Shown in pieces: positions 49,818 through 61,466 of a stretch of DNA of 64,000 nucleotides (positions are counted from its first letter, which is position 1; each line of letters opens with the position of its first letter). Where the stretch lies: positions 32,001-96,000 of the forward strand of contig CAVSAC010000010.1 in the NCBI GenBank assembly GCA_963725865.1, read 5' to 3'. The stretch comes from Candidatus Eiseniibacteriota bacterium. Its GTDB lineage: Bacteria; Eisenbacteria; RBG-16-71-46. The notes beneath the pieces are model-generated. The model did no database searches, was not told the DNA's origin, and was given only the letters and a program-made list of their open reading frames with translations. A program made the position numbers and the translations under genes.

Positions 49818-51172
49818 GACGCCCCTCCCGCGTTGGCGGAGGTCGGAGCCGACCGCAGGGCCGCGGCCCAGCGCTCGATCTCCTCGGCGGACCGCTGTTC
49901 CGTCACGGCGACCAGCAGCCAGCGCCGCCATTCGGGGCGGAACTGTCCGAGGTCGACGCCCGCGAGCACGCCGTGCCCGATGCCGGCACGCACGACCTGG
50001 GCCGCGTCCACCGGGCACTCCAGCACGAACTCGCGGAAGAACGCGCCCGCATGGGCCAGCCGGTAGCCCGGGATCTCCGCCGCCAGCCGCGCCGCGTGAT
50101 GCGTCTTCTGGACGCAGAGCTCCGCCACCTCGCGCATGCCCTCGCGTCCCAGCAGGCCCATGTGGATGGTCGCCCGCAGCGCGAGCAGCCCCTGGTTGGT
50201 GCAGATGTTCGAGGTCGCCTTCTCGCGGCGGATGTGCTGCTCGCGGGTCTGGAGCGTGAGCACGAAACCACGCCGCCCGCTCTTGTCGACGGTCTGGGCC
50301 GCGAGGCGGCCCGGCATGCGGCGCAGCAGCGACTTGGTGCAGGCGAAGAATCCGAGCAGCGGTCCGCCGAACGACGGCGGGTTGCCGAGGCTCTGTCCCT
50401 CGCCGACCACCAGGTCGGCCCCCGTGGCACCCGGCGGCTCCAGCAGCGCGAGCGCGATCGGGTCGGCGCACGCGATCGCGAGCGCTCCCACTTCGTGCGC
50501 GAGGCCGTGGACCGTGGCCGGACTCTCGAGCAGGCCAAAGAAGTTCGGGTGCTGGTACACCACGCACGCGACGTCGTTCCCGACCGCGGCGCGCAGGTCG
50601 GGGGCAGAGCACACGCCGCCGCGATCCGCCACCACCGTCAGGTCGCGCCCGTCCAGGTAGGTGCGCAGCACGCCGAGGTAGTGCGGATGCAGCGCACCCG
50701 CCACCACCACGCGCGCGCGGCCGGTCTGCGAGCGCGCCAGCAGCGCCGCCTCCACGACCGCGGTCGCGCCGTCGTACATCGAGGCATTCGCGACGTCGCA
50801 GCCGGTCAGCTCCGCGATCATGCTCTGGAACTCGAAGATCGCCGTCAGCGTGCCCTGCGCCACCTCCGGCTGGTAGGGCGTGTACGCAGTCGCGAACTCC
50901 GAGCGCATCGACAGCGCGTTCACCGCGGCGGGGATGTAGTGGTCGTAGAGACCCCCGCCCAGGAACGACACCGCGCGGTCGGCCGCGTTCTCGCGGGCCC
51001 AGCCGCCGAGGAGGCGTCGAAGCTCGATCTCGGAGAGCGGCCCCGGGATGTCGAGCGGCCGGTCCAGCAGGGCGGTCTTCGGGATCGCCCCCACCAGATC
51101 CTCGAATCGCTGTACCCCGATCGCCGCGAGCATCCGCCGCTCCTCGGACGGGGATCGTCCGATCGGACTCAT
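49814..51172 (-). CDS. gcvPA: Glycine dehydrogenase (decarboxylating) subunit 1
   Basis: ATG 51172; FLGGG.Y.H, TAYTPYQPE.AQG.L, NASMYDGA, LQTREQHIRREKATSNICTNQ. Confidence 0.96.
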   Translation of the reverse strand: MSPIGRSPSEERRMLAAIGVQRFEDLVGAIPKTALLDRPLDIPGPLSEIELRRLLGGWARENAADRAVSFLGGGLYDHYIPAAVNALSMRSEFATAYTPYQPEVAQGTLTAIFEFQSMIAELTGCDVANASMYDGATAVVEAALLARSQTGRARVVVAGALHPHYLGVLRTYLDGRDLTVVADRGGVCSAPDLRAAVGNDVACVVYQHPNFFGLLESPATVHGLAHEVGALAIACADPIALALLEPPGATGADLVVGEGQSLGNPPSFGGPLLGFFACTKSLLRRMPGRLAAQTVDKSGRRGFVLTLQTREQHIRREKATSNICTNQGLLALRATIHMGLLGREGMREVAELCVQKTHHAARLAAEIPGYRLAHAGAFFREFVLECPVDAAQVVRAGIGHGVLAGVDLGQFRPEWRRWLLVAVTEQRSAEEIERWAAALRSAPTSANAGGAS

Positions 51173-51558
51173 GCGTGCTGCTCCTCGATCAGGCGCTCGT
51201 AGTCGGCGCGGCTCAGGAGCTTCTCGAGATCCTTCGCGTTGCGCGGGCGCAGCTTGATCATCCATCCGTTGCCGTAGGGATCCTGGTTCACGAGCGCGGG
51301 GTTGTCGGTGAGGTCGCCGTTCACCTCGACCACCTCACCGGCGAGCGGGGCGAACAGGTCGCTGACCGTCTTGACCGCCTCCACCACGCCGAAGGCCTTC
51401 ATCTCCTCGAGCGGCTTGCCGGGTGCGGGAAGCTCCACGAACACCACGTCTCCCAGCTGCTCGGTCGCGTACGAGGTGATGCCCACCGTCACCAGCCCGC
51501 CTTCGAGGCGGGCCCACTCGTGCTCGGGGGTATAGCGGACGTCGTCGGGATAGCTCAA
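51169..51558 (-). CDS. gcvH: Glycine cleavage system H protein
   Basis: HEW, VGIT..A..QLGDVVFVELP, lipoyl-Lys VEAVKTVSD, VN.DPYG.GW. Confidence 0.97.
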   Translation of the reverse strand: MSYPDDVRYTPEHEWARLEGGLVTVGITSYATEQLGDVVFVELPAPGKPLEEMKAFGVVEAVKTVSDLFAPLAGEVVEVNGDLTDNPALVNQDPYGNGWMIKLRPRNAKDLEKLLSRADYERLIEEQHA

Positions 51559-51577
51559 GGGTTCCTCCGTGAGCGGC

Positions 51578-52699
51578 TCACTTGAGTCGCGAGCCCTGGG
51601 TGTAGAACGGCATCCTGGTCACGCGCGCGGGCAGCCGGGTCTCGCCGGCGACGACGTCGAGGGCGGTGCCCAACGGGGCGAGCGCCGTCTCGACGTAGCC
51701 CATCGCGATCGGTTTATGCAGGCTGGGGCTGAACGTGCCGCTGGTCACGCGGCCGACCACCCGGCCGCCCTGCTCGATCGGCATGTCGTGGCGGGGCACC
51801 CGGCGGCCGTCGCATTCGAGCCCCACGAGCCGGCGGGTGAGCCCCTGTTCCTTCTGCCGCACGAGCACGTCGCGTCCGCTGAACTCGCCCTTCTGGAGCT
51901 TCACCGTCCAGCCGAGTCCCGCCTCGAGCGGCGACGTGGTGTCGTCGATGTCGTTTCCATAGAGCATGTAGCCCATCTCGAGCCGCAGCGTGTCGCGCGC
52001 GCCGAGGCCCACCAGCTCGAGCCCGTGCGGCCGGCCCGCCGCCATCAGGCCCTCCCACACCGCCGGCGCGTGGCGCGGGTGGAAGTACAGCTCGAAGCCG
52101 TCCTCGCCCGTGTACCCGGTGCGGGCGATGACCGCTTCCACGCCGAACAGCGCGCCGGTCACGAGGCGGTAGTACCGCAGGTCGAGTGCCGCGTCCGGGA
52201 CGTGGCCGCGCAGCACGGCGGCCGCCTTCGGGCCCTGGAGCGCGAGCAGCGCGGTTGCGTCGGACACATCCGTGAACTCGACGCCGGCCGGGACGGACTG
52301 CTTCAGCCAGGCGAAGTCCTTCGCCATGTTCGACGCGTTCACGATCACCATGTAGTGGTCGGGCAGCCGATAGACGAGCAGGTCGTCGACGATGCCACCG
52401 TCGGGCCGGCACATCGGCGAGTACATGGCCTGGCCGACCTCCATCGCCGCGACATGGTTGGTGATCGCGCGGTCGAGGAACGCGGTGGCGCCGACGCCGC
52501 GGACGAGGAACTCGCCCATGTGCGAGACGTCGAAGAGGCCGGCGGTGGTGCGCACGCACTGGTGCTCGCGTACGTCCCCGGTATAGCGAACCGGCATCTC
52601 GAAGCCGGCGAAATCGATGAGCCGCCCGCCCGCCGCCTGATGGAAGGCGTGGAAGGGCGTGCGCTTGACGGTGCTGGCGCCGTTCACGGGACACTCCAC
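51578..52699 (-). CDS. gcvT: Glycine cleavage aminomethyltransferase T
   Basis: FAGFEMPVRY, GLFDVSHMG, GGIVDD, QGP, RTGYTGEDGFE, GLGARDTLRLE. Start may instead be GTG 52687. Confidence 0.97.
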   Translation of the reverse strand: MECPVNGASTVKRTPFHAFHQAAGGRLIDFAGFEMPVRYTGDVREHQCVRTTAGLFDVSHMGEFLVRGVGATAFLDRAITNHVAAMEVGQAMYSPMCRPDGGIVDDLLVYRLPDHYMVIVNASNMAKDFAWLKQSVPAGVEFTDVSDATALLALQGPKAAAVLRGHVPDAALDLRYYRLVTGALFGVEAVIARTGYTGEDGFELYFHPRHAPAVWEGLMAAGRPHGLELVGLGARDTLRLEMGYMLYGNDIDDTTSPLEAGLGWTVKLQKGEFSGRDVLVRQKEQGLTRRLVGLECDGRRVPRHDMPIEQGGRVVGRVTSGTFSPSLHKPIAMGYVETALAPLGTALDVVAGETRLPARVTRMPFYTQGSRLK

Positions 52700-52841
52700 G
52701 AGGGGAATGAACGCAACCTAGCGAGGGCCCCGGGAACAGGCAGCTCGTCCCCGGTGCCGGAACGCGGCGGAGCATACCGGAACGCGGGCGCGCGAGCGAA
52801 GCGACCCGCGGCCGCGAGGCCGCCGCGCCCGACGACGCGAC

Positions 52842-52873
52842 GGGCCCCGCGTCTCGACAGCGCCGCGGGGCCC
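52842..52873 (-). terminator. Hairpin after the S8 peptidase gene
   Basis: 10-bp stem GGGCCCCGCG/CGCGGGGCCC. Confidence 0.45.
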
Positions 52874-52893
52874 ATCGGTGAAGCGGAGGGCGA

Positions 52894-55659
52894 CTACTGT
52901 TGGACGACCACGCGCCGGGTCAGCTCGTGGCCGGTGGACTGCAGCCGGATGAAGTACACGCCCGCCAGAGCGCGGTGGCCGGAGATCTCGCCGGTCCACA
53001 CCGTCTGGTAGCGGCCCGCGGGATGCACGCCGTTCCGCAGCATCGCCACCTCGCGACCCTGCACGTCGAGGACCGCGACCTTCACGTTCGTCGAGCGTGG
53101 AACCGCGTATTCGATGCGCGCCATGCCCGACGTCGGGTTGGGGGCGATCTTCGACAGGCTGAAGTCGAGGATGCGCTCGCCCGCGGTGCCTGAGATCGGA
53201 CCGAACGTGGCCGACCCGCCGCTCGCACGCTGCGCGTTCAGCCGGTACCAGTACGTCTGTCCGACTACCACGTCGGCGTCGAGCGCGATCGCGAACGTGC
53301 CTTCGATCCGCTGCTGCGCCGCAATCGCCTGCCACGGGCCGGTGGCACTGGGCGCGCGCTCCACCGTCACCGCCGACCAGGCAGTCGGGTCGCCGAACTG
53401 CCAGCGCAGCTCGATCCCGCGGTCGCGGGCGTTCATCTCGAACAGTGACATCAGCGTGCCGGTGGCGCCGTCGTACAGCGTGAATTCGGCGTCGCTGACG
53501 TCCTCGCCCAGGTTGGCCTCGGCGTCGTGCGCCACCACCTTGAAGATCGCGTGGGTGGTGCCGGGACCGGTGGCGTTCCACGGATACGATCCGCTGTTCG
53601 GCACGCCCAGGGCGATCGTCTCCCAGGGTCCGCCGACGCCGGAGCGCGACAGGTACAGGTCGACGAGCGTCACACCGACGTTGTCGGTCGCGGTCCAGCC
53701 GAGGATCGTGCCGCCGCCGATCAGCAGGTTCTCGCCGCCGTTCGGGAACAACACCGCGACGCTCGGGTCGACGAGGTCGCCGAGCCAGAGCTTGCCGTTG
53801 CCGAAGTCGGCGTTCCACACCGTGCCGGTGTTGCCGTCGATCACGGCGTGGGTGAACAGGTAGGCGCGGACCTCGGCCGGTGTCAGCGCGCCATACTTCT
53901 GCATCAGGAGCGCGGTCGCGCCGGCGACGTGCGGAGCCGCCATGCTGGTGCCCTGGTTGATCACGTGGTTGCTGCCGTCGTTGAGCAGGGCCGAGGCGGT
54001 CGCACCGCAGGTGCCGGTCGCGTCGAACGAACGCGTGGAGCCGATGCCCATGCCGGGCGCGGCGAGGTCCGGCTTCTGCCGGCCGTCGCGGGTCGGACCG
54101 GGGCTGGAGAACGTGGCGATCGCGCCGAGCGGAGCCGGCGAGCTGTACGACACCGAGCGGCCGCCGCAGTCGAACCAGCTGTTCTTGGTCTCCCACGCCG
54201 CGACAGTGATGACGCCCGTCGCGTTGCCGGGCTCGCTCACCAGCTCGGAGTTCGTCATGCCGGTGGCGAAGTTTGCGACCAGCGCGCTGCTCGAGACGTA
54301 GTAGCGCCATAGGTCCACTTCGCCGTTCGCGGCGCCGAGGGTGACCGGGATGAACGTCAGCGTCCACGTGCCGTTGATCGAGTTGCCGGTCAGGCCCGTG
54401 AGCTCGACGTAGACCTCGCGCGCGCCGGCCGGGGTCGTGAACACACCGTTCTCGACGTAGACCCGCCCGGCCCCCGTGTACGTCACGCCGGGGTACGCGC
54501 CGTTGACGGCGCCGAGCGCCAGCGGTCCGATCACGGTGCCGTTGGGCGCGGTGATCCTGACGTTGATGGTCTCGGTCCCGTTGTAGTAGCCGTCGATCGC
54601 GAGCAGGCGGTTGTTGGCCGAGCCCGAGACCGCCAGCGTGATGTTCGAGCCCGCGCCGGCAGCGAGCGTCTGCGCGTGCTTGTTCGAGCCGCGGTCGTTG
54701 CCGGCGGACACCACGACCACCTGGCCGGGACCGGTGAGCGCGGTCAGGCCGGACTCGAAGTCGCTGGTGCCGTCGTGCGGACCGAACTGAGAGCCGAGCG
54801 ACAGATTCACGACCGCCTGCTTCCCGAGCGCCGCGGCGCGCCCCATGACGTAGGCGACGCCGTCGACGATGCTCGACGTGAAGAAGTCGGTCTTCACCTC
54901 GACGATGTCCGCCATCGGGGCCATGCCCACGTACGTAAACGCCGGGATCGCGCCGCCGGTCTGGCTGCCGTCGCCGGCCGCGATGCCCATCACGTGCGTG
55001 CCGTGACCGCCGCCGCTGGCGATGGCGCCGGGGTCGGTCTCGGTGCAAGTGCCCCCGTCGATCTGCGCCTTCGTCCACTCGGTGCCGGCCGAGTAGCCCG
55101 CCGGCGGCGTGCCGACGACGGTCTGGTCCCAAATGTTCAGGATGCGCGTCAGTCCGCCCGCGTCCTTGAAGTCGCCGTGGTGGATGTCGATCCCCGAGTC
55201 CACATCGCCGATCAGGACGCCGTTGCCGTTGAGCCCCGCGAATGCCGGGCCGGCACCACGCAGCAGATTCGCGCCGGTGGTGGGCACGCTCGCGTCGAGG
55301 TTCGGCTCGGCCAGCACCGCGCCGCGGATGCTGGTGACGCCGTCGAGCGCCGCCACCTGGTCGATGGCGCCCAGCGGAACGAACGCGGTGAAGAGCCCCG
55401 GCAGCTCGGTGCGCACCTGGACCCCGAACGCCTCCAGTTGCGAACGTGATACCGAACCGCGGATGAACACGTCGAGGTCTCCGGTCGCGGAGACCGACGC
55501 GCCCTCGAGCCTGACCTGCGCGGGCGCGATGCCGCTGCGTAATTCCGCGACCGCGATGCGCGCGCGAGCGTCCAGCTTCGACGTCTCGGCGAACGCGGCC
55601 GAGGCCACGAACGCCAAGAGTAGAGAGAGCATCCACACTGTAGTCGTCGTCCGACTCAA
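52894..55659 (-). CDS. Secreted S8 (subtilase) serine peptidase with C-terminal FlgD-Ig/T9SS-like domain
   Basis: Signal peptide; catalytic D (DVDSGID), H (HGTHVMGIAAG) and S (GTSMAAPHVAG); SAGN; C-terminal PNP...DVQGR.V...G.YFIRL. Confidence 0.92.
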   Translation of the reverse strand: MSRTTTTVWMLSLLLAFVASAAFAETSKLDARARIAVAELRSGIAPAQVRLEGASVSATGDLDVFIRGSVSRSQLEAFGVQVRTELPGLFTAFVPLGAIDQVAALDGVTSIRGAVLAEPNLDASVPTTGANLLRGAGPAFAGLNGNGVLIGDVDSGIDIHHGDFKDAGGLTRILNIWDQTVVGTPPAGYSAGTEWTKAQIDGGTCTETDPGAIASGGGHGTHVMGIAAGDGSQTGGAIPAFTYVGMAPMADIVEVKTDFFTSSIVDGVAYVMGRAAALGKQAVVNLSLGSQFGPHDGTSDFESGLTALTGPGQVVVVSAGNDRGSNKHAQTLAAGAGSNITLAVSGSANNRLLAIDGYYNGTETINVRITAPNGTVIGPLALGAVNGAYPGVTYTGAGRVYVENGVFTTPAGAREVYVELTGLTGNSINGTWTLTFIPVTLGAANGEVDLWRYYVSSSALVANFATGMTNSELVSEPGNATGVITVAAWETKNSWFDCGGRSVSYSSPAPLGAIATFSSPGPTRDGRQKPDLAAPGMGIGSTRSFDATGTCGATASALLNDGSNHVINQGTSMAAPHVAGATALLMQKYGALTPAEVRAYLFTHAVIDGNTGTVWNADFGNGKLWLGDLVDPSVAVLFPNGGENLLIGGGTILGWTATDNVGVTLVDLYLSRSGVGGPWETIALGVPNSGSYPWNATGPGTTHAIFKVVAHDAEANLGEDVSDAEFTLYDGATGTLMSLFEMNARDRGIELRWQFGDPTAWSAVTVERAPSATGPWQAIAAQQRIEGTFAIALDADVVVGQTYWYRLNAQRASGGSATFGPISGTAGERILDFSLSKIAPNPTSGMARIEYAVPRSTNVKVAVLDVQGREVAMLRNGVHPAGRYQTVWTGEISGHRALAGVYFIRLQSTGHELTRRVVVQQ

Positions 55660-55808
55660 GGGCCACCTCCGTGAACGGGTTGTCGAGCGAGAGCCACGCG
55701 AGCGGTCGGGCTTCGAGGAGGAAGGGCCTCGTGTCTCGCCGCGGAACGGGAGGTTCGGATCCCGGAGTCGCGAAGATGCCCATCGACTCGATGCGCCTGA
55801 CGAGATCG

Positions 55809-55850
55809 ACTCTAGGGAGGCCCCGGCGCGATGTGAAGGAGATGTCAGGA
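55809..55850 (-). promoter_or_regulatory. Promoter with an overlapping 11-bp-period direct repeat (OmpR/PhoB-like box)
   Basis: CTGACAT-CTCC-TTCACAT; TTCACA-N17-TAGAGT. Confidence 0.5.
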
Positions 55851-55967
55851 AAACGCGTGACCGCGCGCTGACATCACGTCTTCATCCCGCCAGTGCGCTC
55901 CGGACGCCGGGGATCGGCGTGCTCAGGGCGGACGCCGACTCGCGGGCCAGGCGGGCCCCCACCAACG

Positions 55968-55999
55968 CCGAAGGCCGGCGCTCACGCGCCGGCCTTCGG
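55968..55999 (-). terminator. Terminator-like hairpin
   Basis: Perfect 14-bp stem CCGAAGGCCGGCGC/GCGCCGGCCTTCGG with a GTGA loop. Confidence 0.65.
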
Positions 56000-56015
56000 T
56001 CGGACTGCAGCTCGA

Positions 56016-58892
56016 TCAGCGGACGATCGAGATCTTCGAGTTCAGGGTCTGGTGATTCTGGGTGAGGCGGATCATGTAGAAGCCCACCGGCAGACGCACA
56101 CCGCCGTCCATCGGGACCACATGGTAGCCCGCGCCCAGATGACCCACCGAGCTCTCGAACACACGACGACCATTGAGGTCGATGAGCTCGAGAGTCGCCG
56201 GAGAGTCGTCCATCAGCGAGAACGAGATCGACAGCGGGCCATTGGTCGGGTTCGGGCGGCCACCGTGCAGCGCGAACATCGCGCGCGCCGGGATCGTCAG
56301 CCACGTCTCGCCCGCCGGGACCTCGCGGCCGTTCTGCGCCACGCCCAGGCGGTAGCCATAGCGGGCACCCCGCACCACGCCCGCGTCGTCGTAGGCCACG
56401 CGGCCGTCACCGTCCGGAATCACGGTCGCGACCAGGTCCCACGCTCCGCCGTCCGCTGCGCGGTACACGTGCACCGGCAAGGACGACGAGACGCTCCACA
56501 GCAGCTTCGCCCCGTTCGCGTCCGCCGTGGCGTTGATCAGGGCCGCCAGCGTCGGGGTCGCGATGTTGAGGACGTTTAGCGTGCGGCAGCAGGTCTTCAC
56601 GCAGGCCCCGCCGGCGCAGCTGACGGTGAAGCAGAGCTTCACGTCGCCGTTCGCCGCGGTGTCCGGGATCGCGATGCCGAACGACGCCAGCCCGGTCGCC
56701 AGCTCGGCGAGCGTCAGTGAACCGGAAGCCGGCAGGCCCGGCCAGTTGCGATCGACGGTCAGCGTGTAGTCCGCCGTGTTCGCGAACATGCCGTTGTCGT
56801 TCGTGACCGGGTAGGACACGTTCAGGATCGAGTTGGCGAGCACGGTGGTGTCGTTGCCGCAGAAGGTCGAGAATCCGATGCGGACCCGCGCGGCGAAGAC
56901 GTCCGGGTCACCGAGTCGGCCGTCGGCCCACGCCAGGCCGAGCGCGTCACCGCCGTACATGCCGTTGTAGTCGCCCTGGTTCGGCGCGATGTTGCTCAAC
57001 ACCTGGGTCCAGTTCGGCGTCGGAGCCGACGTGGCCACCAGGTTCGGCGCCCAGGTCGCGCCGCCGTTGGTCGAGCGCGTCACGTAGATGTTCGAGCCGC
57101 CGGCGCAGCTGCCGGGGGCGTCGCGGAAGTCCATCCACATGCCGTAGACGTTGCCGTCGCACGGCACCGCGACCTCGGGCAGCCAGTTGTCGTACAGCGG
57201 CAGGTCGTCGTTCATGCGCGTGGGCAGCCCCCACGTGATGCCGTCGTTCGACGCGACCACCATGGCGTCCCGCTGATCGCGCGCGACATCGAGGATGTTC
57301 GCCGTGTGCACGCCGGTGCGGATGCGGTAGCCCGCCGAGGTGCCCGCCACCGGGGTCCACCGGAGGAAGTAGTCGGCGGTGCTGGGCGCGGTCCACACGA
57401 CGAAGCCCTGCTGGCCGGCGGTCGAGGCGTTGCCGCCCATCGCGACGCGCGAGACGGCGATCGTGTCGTTCGGGCAGTAGACGCGAAGCGTGTAGCGCAG
57501 CGTCGAGCGCAGCGAGTCCACCCAGAAGATGTACGTGGTGCCCTGCACCGCGCTGAACTTCCAGTAGTCGCTGTCACTCGCCAGGGTCTGCACGCCGCGG
57601 ATGGTCTGGCCGATCGTGAACGGGGTCGCGTTCGCGAAGTTGCCGTTGTTCTCGACCTCGCTCTTGGCGCCACCGCCGCCGAGCAGGTCGACGTACCACT
57701 CGACCGTCTCGTTGTAGGTGACGTACAGGCGGCCGCGGTTCGGGCCCGTCGACCGGTCGCACGCGATGCCCGGCATCGTGAGGCCGCGCTCGCGGTTGAA
57801 GCCGGGGGCGCCGGTGCCGAAGTTGCTCAGCAGCGAGGCCGCGATCACCTCGGCGCCGAACGACACGCCGCCGTTCGTGGACTTGCGGACCTTCATGTAG
57901 TCGTAGTCGCTCACGGTCCCGATGGCGTAGTACACGACGTAGAGCTCGCCGTTCGGACCGACGCACGGACGCGAGCCCTGCACCAGGCCGTTGTCCGCCG
58001 CCGAGCTGATCTGCAGCGGCACGCTCCAGGTCAGACCGTTGTTGATCGAGCGCTGGAACCAGATCGCGTTGCCGCCCACCACGAACTTGGTGTAGGTCAG
58101 GTACAGGTTGCCGGTCGAGGAGTCGGCGCACATCCACTGCTTGTCGTACGCCTCCGTCGAGTTGGAGCCGCTGATCGTCACGACCGAGGGCTGCCACACG
58201 AAGGAGCCGCCGGAGAAGTTGCCGCGGAGCACGCCCACGCCGTTCGTCGAGCTCGGGTTGCTCGTGAGGCCGCAGTAGTAGAAGTCGCCGGTCTTCTCGT
58301 TGACGCCGACGACCGGGTCGCTCGTCCAGGTGGTGATCGCCGCGGTCCGCGGCGGGGTTCCGCCATCGATCCAGGTCGCGCCACCGTTGGTGGTGTAGCC
58401 CCAACCCTGGACGTCGCCCACCGGTGTCGAGTTGAAGCCCTGGCCGTCGTTCCAGGCGCACAGGCCGTTGTCGCCGATGAACGCGAGGTGCTGCTCGGCC
58501 TGGCCCGCGCCGGCGGCGTCGAGAGTCTTGTCGTTGGTCTTCGTGTTCGTGGGCACCACCAGCGTGTTGAGGACGTTGAACGGCGACATCTGCTGCCGCG
58601 TCATCGTCACCGGCACGTAGTCGTCATCGCCCAGCACCAGCTGGACCTTCTTGCCATGGGCGTGGCGGGCGCGACGGGCGCGCTCGCGCATCTCCTTGGC
58701 CTCCATGCGGCGCTCTTTGTATTCGTCCCGGATGAGCTGGATCTTGGTGTCCAGCACGCCCTGGTTGCCGCTCGCGCGGACCGGGGCATCGTCCTGGGCA
58801 TTCGCCGGCTGCGAGAACAGCGGCGTCGAGAGAGTCAACGCCGCGAGCGCCACGAACGTGGTGATGCGGGAGAGAGTACGGCTTGGGGACAT
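56016..58892 (-). CDS. Secreted BNR/Asp-box (sialidase-like propeller) protein with inserted PPC-like domain and C-terminal sorting domain
   Basis: ATG 58892 after GGAGG; Asp-boxes TTNGGATW, SINNGLTW, STNGGVSF, SNDGITW, STNGGATW; EVENN...A...DSDYWKF PPC-like insert; GDYNGM; C-terminal PNP...DLNGRRV...G.Y.IRL. Confidence 0.82.
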   Translation of the reverse strand: MSPSRTLSRITTFVALAALTLSTPLFSQPANAQDDAPVRASGNQGVLDTKIQLIRDEYKERRMEAKEMRERARRARHAHGKKVQLVLGDDDYVPVTMTRQQMSPFNVLNTLVVPTNTKTNDKTLDAAGAGQAEQHLAFIGDNGLCAWNDGQGFNSTPVGDVQGWGYTTNGGATWIDGGTPPRTAAITTWTSDPVVGVNEKTGDFYYCGLTSNPSSTNGVGVLRGNFSGGSFVWQPSVVTISGSNSTEAYDKQWMCADSSTGNLYLTYTKFVVGGNAIWFQRSINNGLTWSVPLQISSAADNGLVQGSRPCVGPNGELYVVYYAIGTVSDYDYMKVRKSTNGGVSFGAEVIAASLLSNFGTGAPGFNRERGLTMPGIACDRSTGPNRGRLYVTYNETVEWYVDLLGGGGAKSEVENNGNFANATPFTIGQTIRGVQTLASDSDYWKFSAVQGTTYIFWVDSLRSTLRYTLRVYCPNDTIAVSRVAMGGNASTAGQQGFVVWTAPSTADYFLRWTPVAGTSAGYRIRTGVHTANILDVARDQRDAMVVASNDGITWGLPTRMNDDLPLYDNWLPEVAVPCDGNVYGMWMDFRDAPGSCAGGSNIYVTRSTNGGATWAPNLVATSAPTPNWTQVLSNIAPNQGDYNGMYGGDALGLAWADGRLGDPDVFAARVRIGFSTFCGNDTTVLANSILNVSYPVTNDNGMFANTADYTLTVDRNWPGLPASGSLTLAELATGLASFGIAIPDTAANGDVKLCFTVSCAGGACVKTCCRTLNVLNIATPTLAALINATADANGAKLLWSVSSSLPVHVYRAADGGAWDLVATVIPDGDGRVAYDDAGVVRGARYGYRLGVAQNGREVPAGETWLTIPARAMFALHGGRPNPTNGPLSISFSLMDDSPATLELIDLNGRRVFESSVGHLGAGYHVVPMDGGVRLPVGFYMIRLTQNHQTLNSKISIVR

Positions 58893-59002
58893 GGGAACGC
58901 CTCCTCCGATGGGTTGCGGTGCTGGGTGGTGCAGGGCGGCTGTATGCGGAAAGTGGTCAACGGCCGGGGGATGGCCACGTCCGTGTCCCACGAGACTGAC
59001 GC

Positions 59003-59022
59003 ATGTTACAGGGATGTCAGGA
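59003..59022 (-). promoter_or_regulatory. Second copy of the direct-repeat regulator box
   Basis: TCCTGACAT-CCCT-GTAACAT, closely matching the box at 55831-55850. Confidence 0.5.
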
Positions 59023-59077
59023 CGTTTTCCAAGAACTTTTCATGGAGGGAGGCCCGAGCGACACGGCGCCAGACGAA

Positions 59078-59110
59078 GACCGGCCGCCGCCCGGGAGGCG
59101 GCAGCCGGTC
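59078..59110 (-). terminator. kbl terminator
   Basis: GACCGGCTGCCGCC/GGCGGCGGCCGGTC stem followed by TTCGTCT. Confidence 0.55.
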
Positions 59111-59129
59111 CGGTGCTTCGGAGTGGCGC

Positions 59130-60341
<1,212 letters not shown>

Positions 60342-60359
60342 GTCATGGCTCCTCGAGCG

Positions 60360-61462
60360 CTAGGCGCTCTGCCCCCACGGCACCAGCACGACCTTGCCGG
60401 CGTTGCCCGAGCGCAGCTGGGCGATGGCGTCGTTGACCTGCTCCATCGGCATGATGTGCGTGATCGCCGGGCGCACGTCGAGGCGGCCGGTGCGCAGCAG
60501 GTTGTCCATGACGTACCAGGTCTGGTACATGCGCCGTCCGATGATGCCGTGCAGCGTGATGCCCTTGAAGATCAGCAGCTTGTTCCAGTCCAGCTCGAAG
60601 TTCTCGCGCGGCAGACCGAGCAGCGAGAGCCGCCCGCCGTTGCGCAGCGCGGCGAGCGCGTCGCGGATGGCCGAGGCGTTGCCCGACATCTCGAGCACCC
60701 CGTCGAGGCCGCGGCCGTCCGTCAGCTCGTGCACGCGCCGGACGAAGTCCTCCTTCGAGACGTCGATGACGGCGTCGGCGTTCATCTTGCGCGCCAGCTC
60801 GAGCCGGTAGGGCGAGATGTCGCTGGCGATCACCTGGCAGGCGCCCGCGGCGCGCGCGACCGCGATCGCGAACAGCCCGATCGGCCCGCAGCCGGTCACC
60901 GCGATGCGGCAGGCGGACAGGTCGCCCGAGAACGCGGTGTGCACGGCGTTGCCGAGCGGCTCCATGATGCCCTGCACTTCGAGCGGGATGTTGCCGGGCG
61001 CGCGCCAGGCGTTCGCGGCCGGCACCGCCACGTACTCCGCCCAGCCCCCGTTGATGTCGACGCCGAGGATCTTCGTGTTCTCGCACACATGGCCGTTCCC
61101 GGTGCGGCAGGCGACGCAGTGCTCGCACACCACGTGGCTCTCGCATGAGACCCGCTCGCCGAGCTTGAACTCGCTCACGCCCGGGCCGAACTCGACGATC
61201 TCGCCCACGAACTCATGGCCGACGGTGACCGGCGGCTTCATGCGGTTCTGGGCCCACTGGTCCCATTCCCAGATGTGCAGGTCGGTGCCGCACACGCCGG
61301 CGCGCAGCACCTTCAGCAGGATCTGGCCGGGCGCGGGCGTCGGCACCGGCACGTCCTGGATCTCGAGCCCGGGGCCGGCCTTCGCCTTGACCACGGCCTT
61401 CATGGTGGTCTTGCGGGGCGTACCCGTGGCGGGTTTCTCAGCGGTCGCGGATGTGGTCGGAT

Positions 61463-61466
<4 letters not shown>
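60360..61466 (-). CDS. tdh: L-threonine 3-dehydrogenase
   Basis: CGTDLHIWEWDQWA, GHEF, C..C..CR.G..HVC, EPLGNAVHT, GPIGL, LEMSG, GIIGRRMYQTW; adjacent to kbl. Confidence 0.96.

Noticed and set aside
52700..52893. Glycine riboswitch before gcvT
   Set aside because: No GGAGA...CCGAAG...CTCTCAGG aptamer pattern, and a -10-like TAGGTT lies only about 20-30 nt from the start codon.
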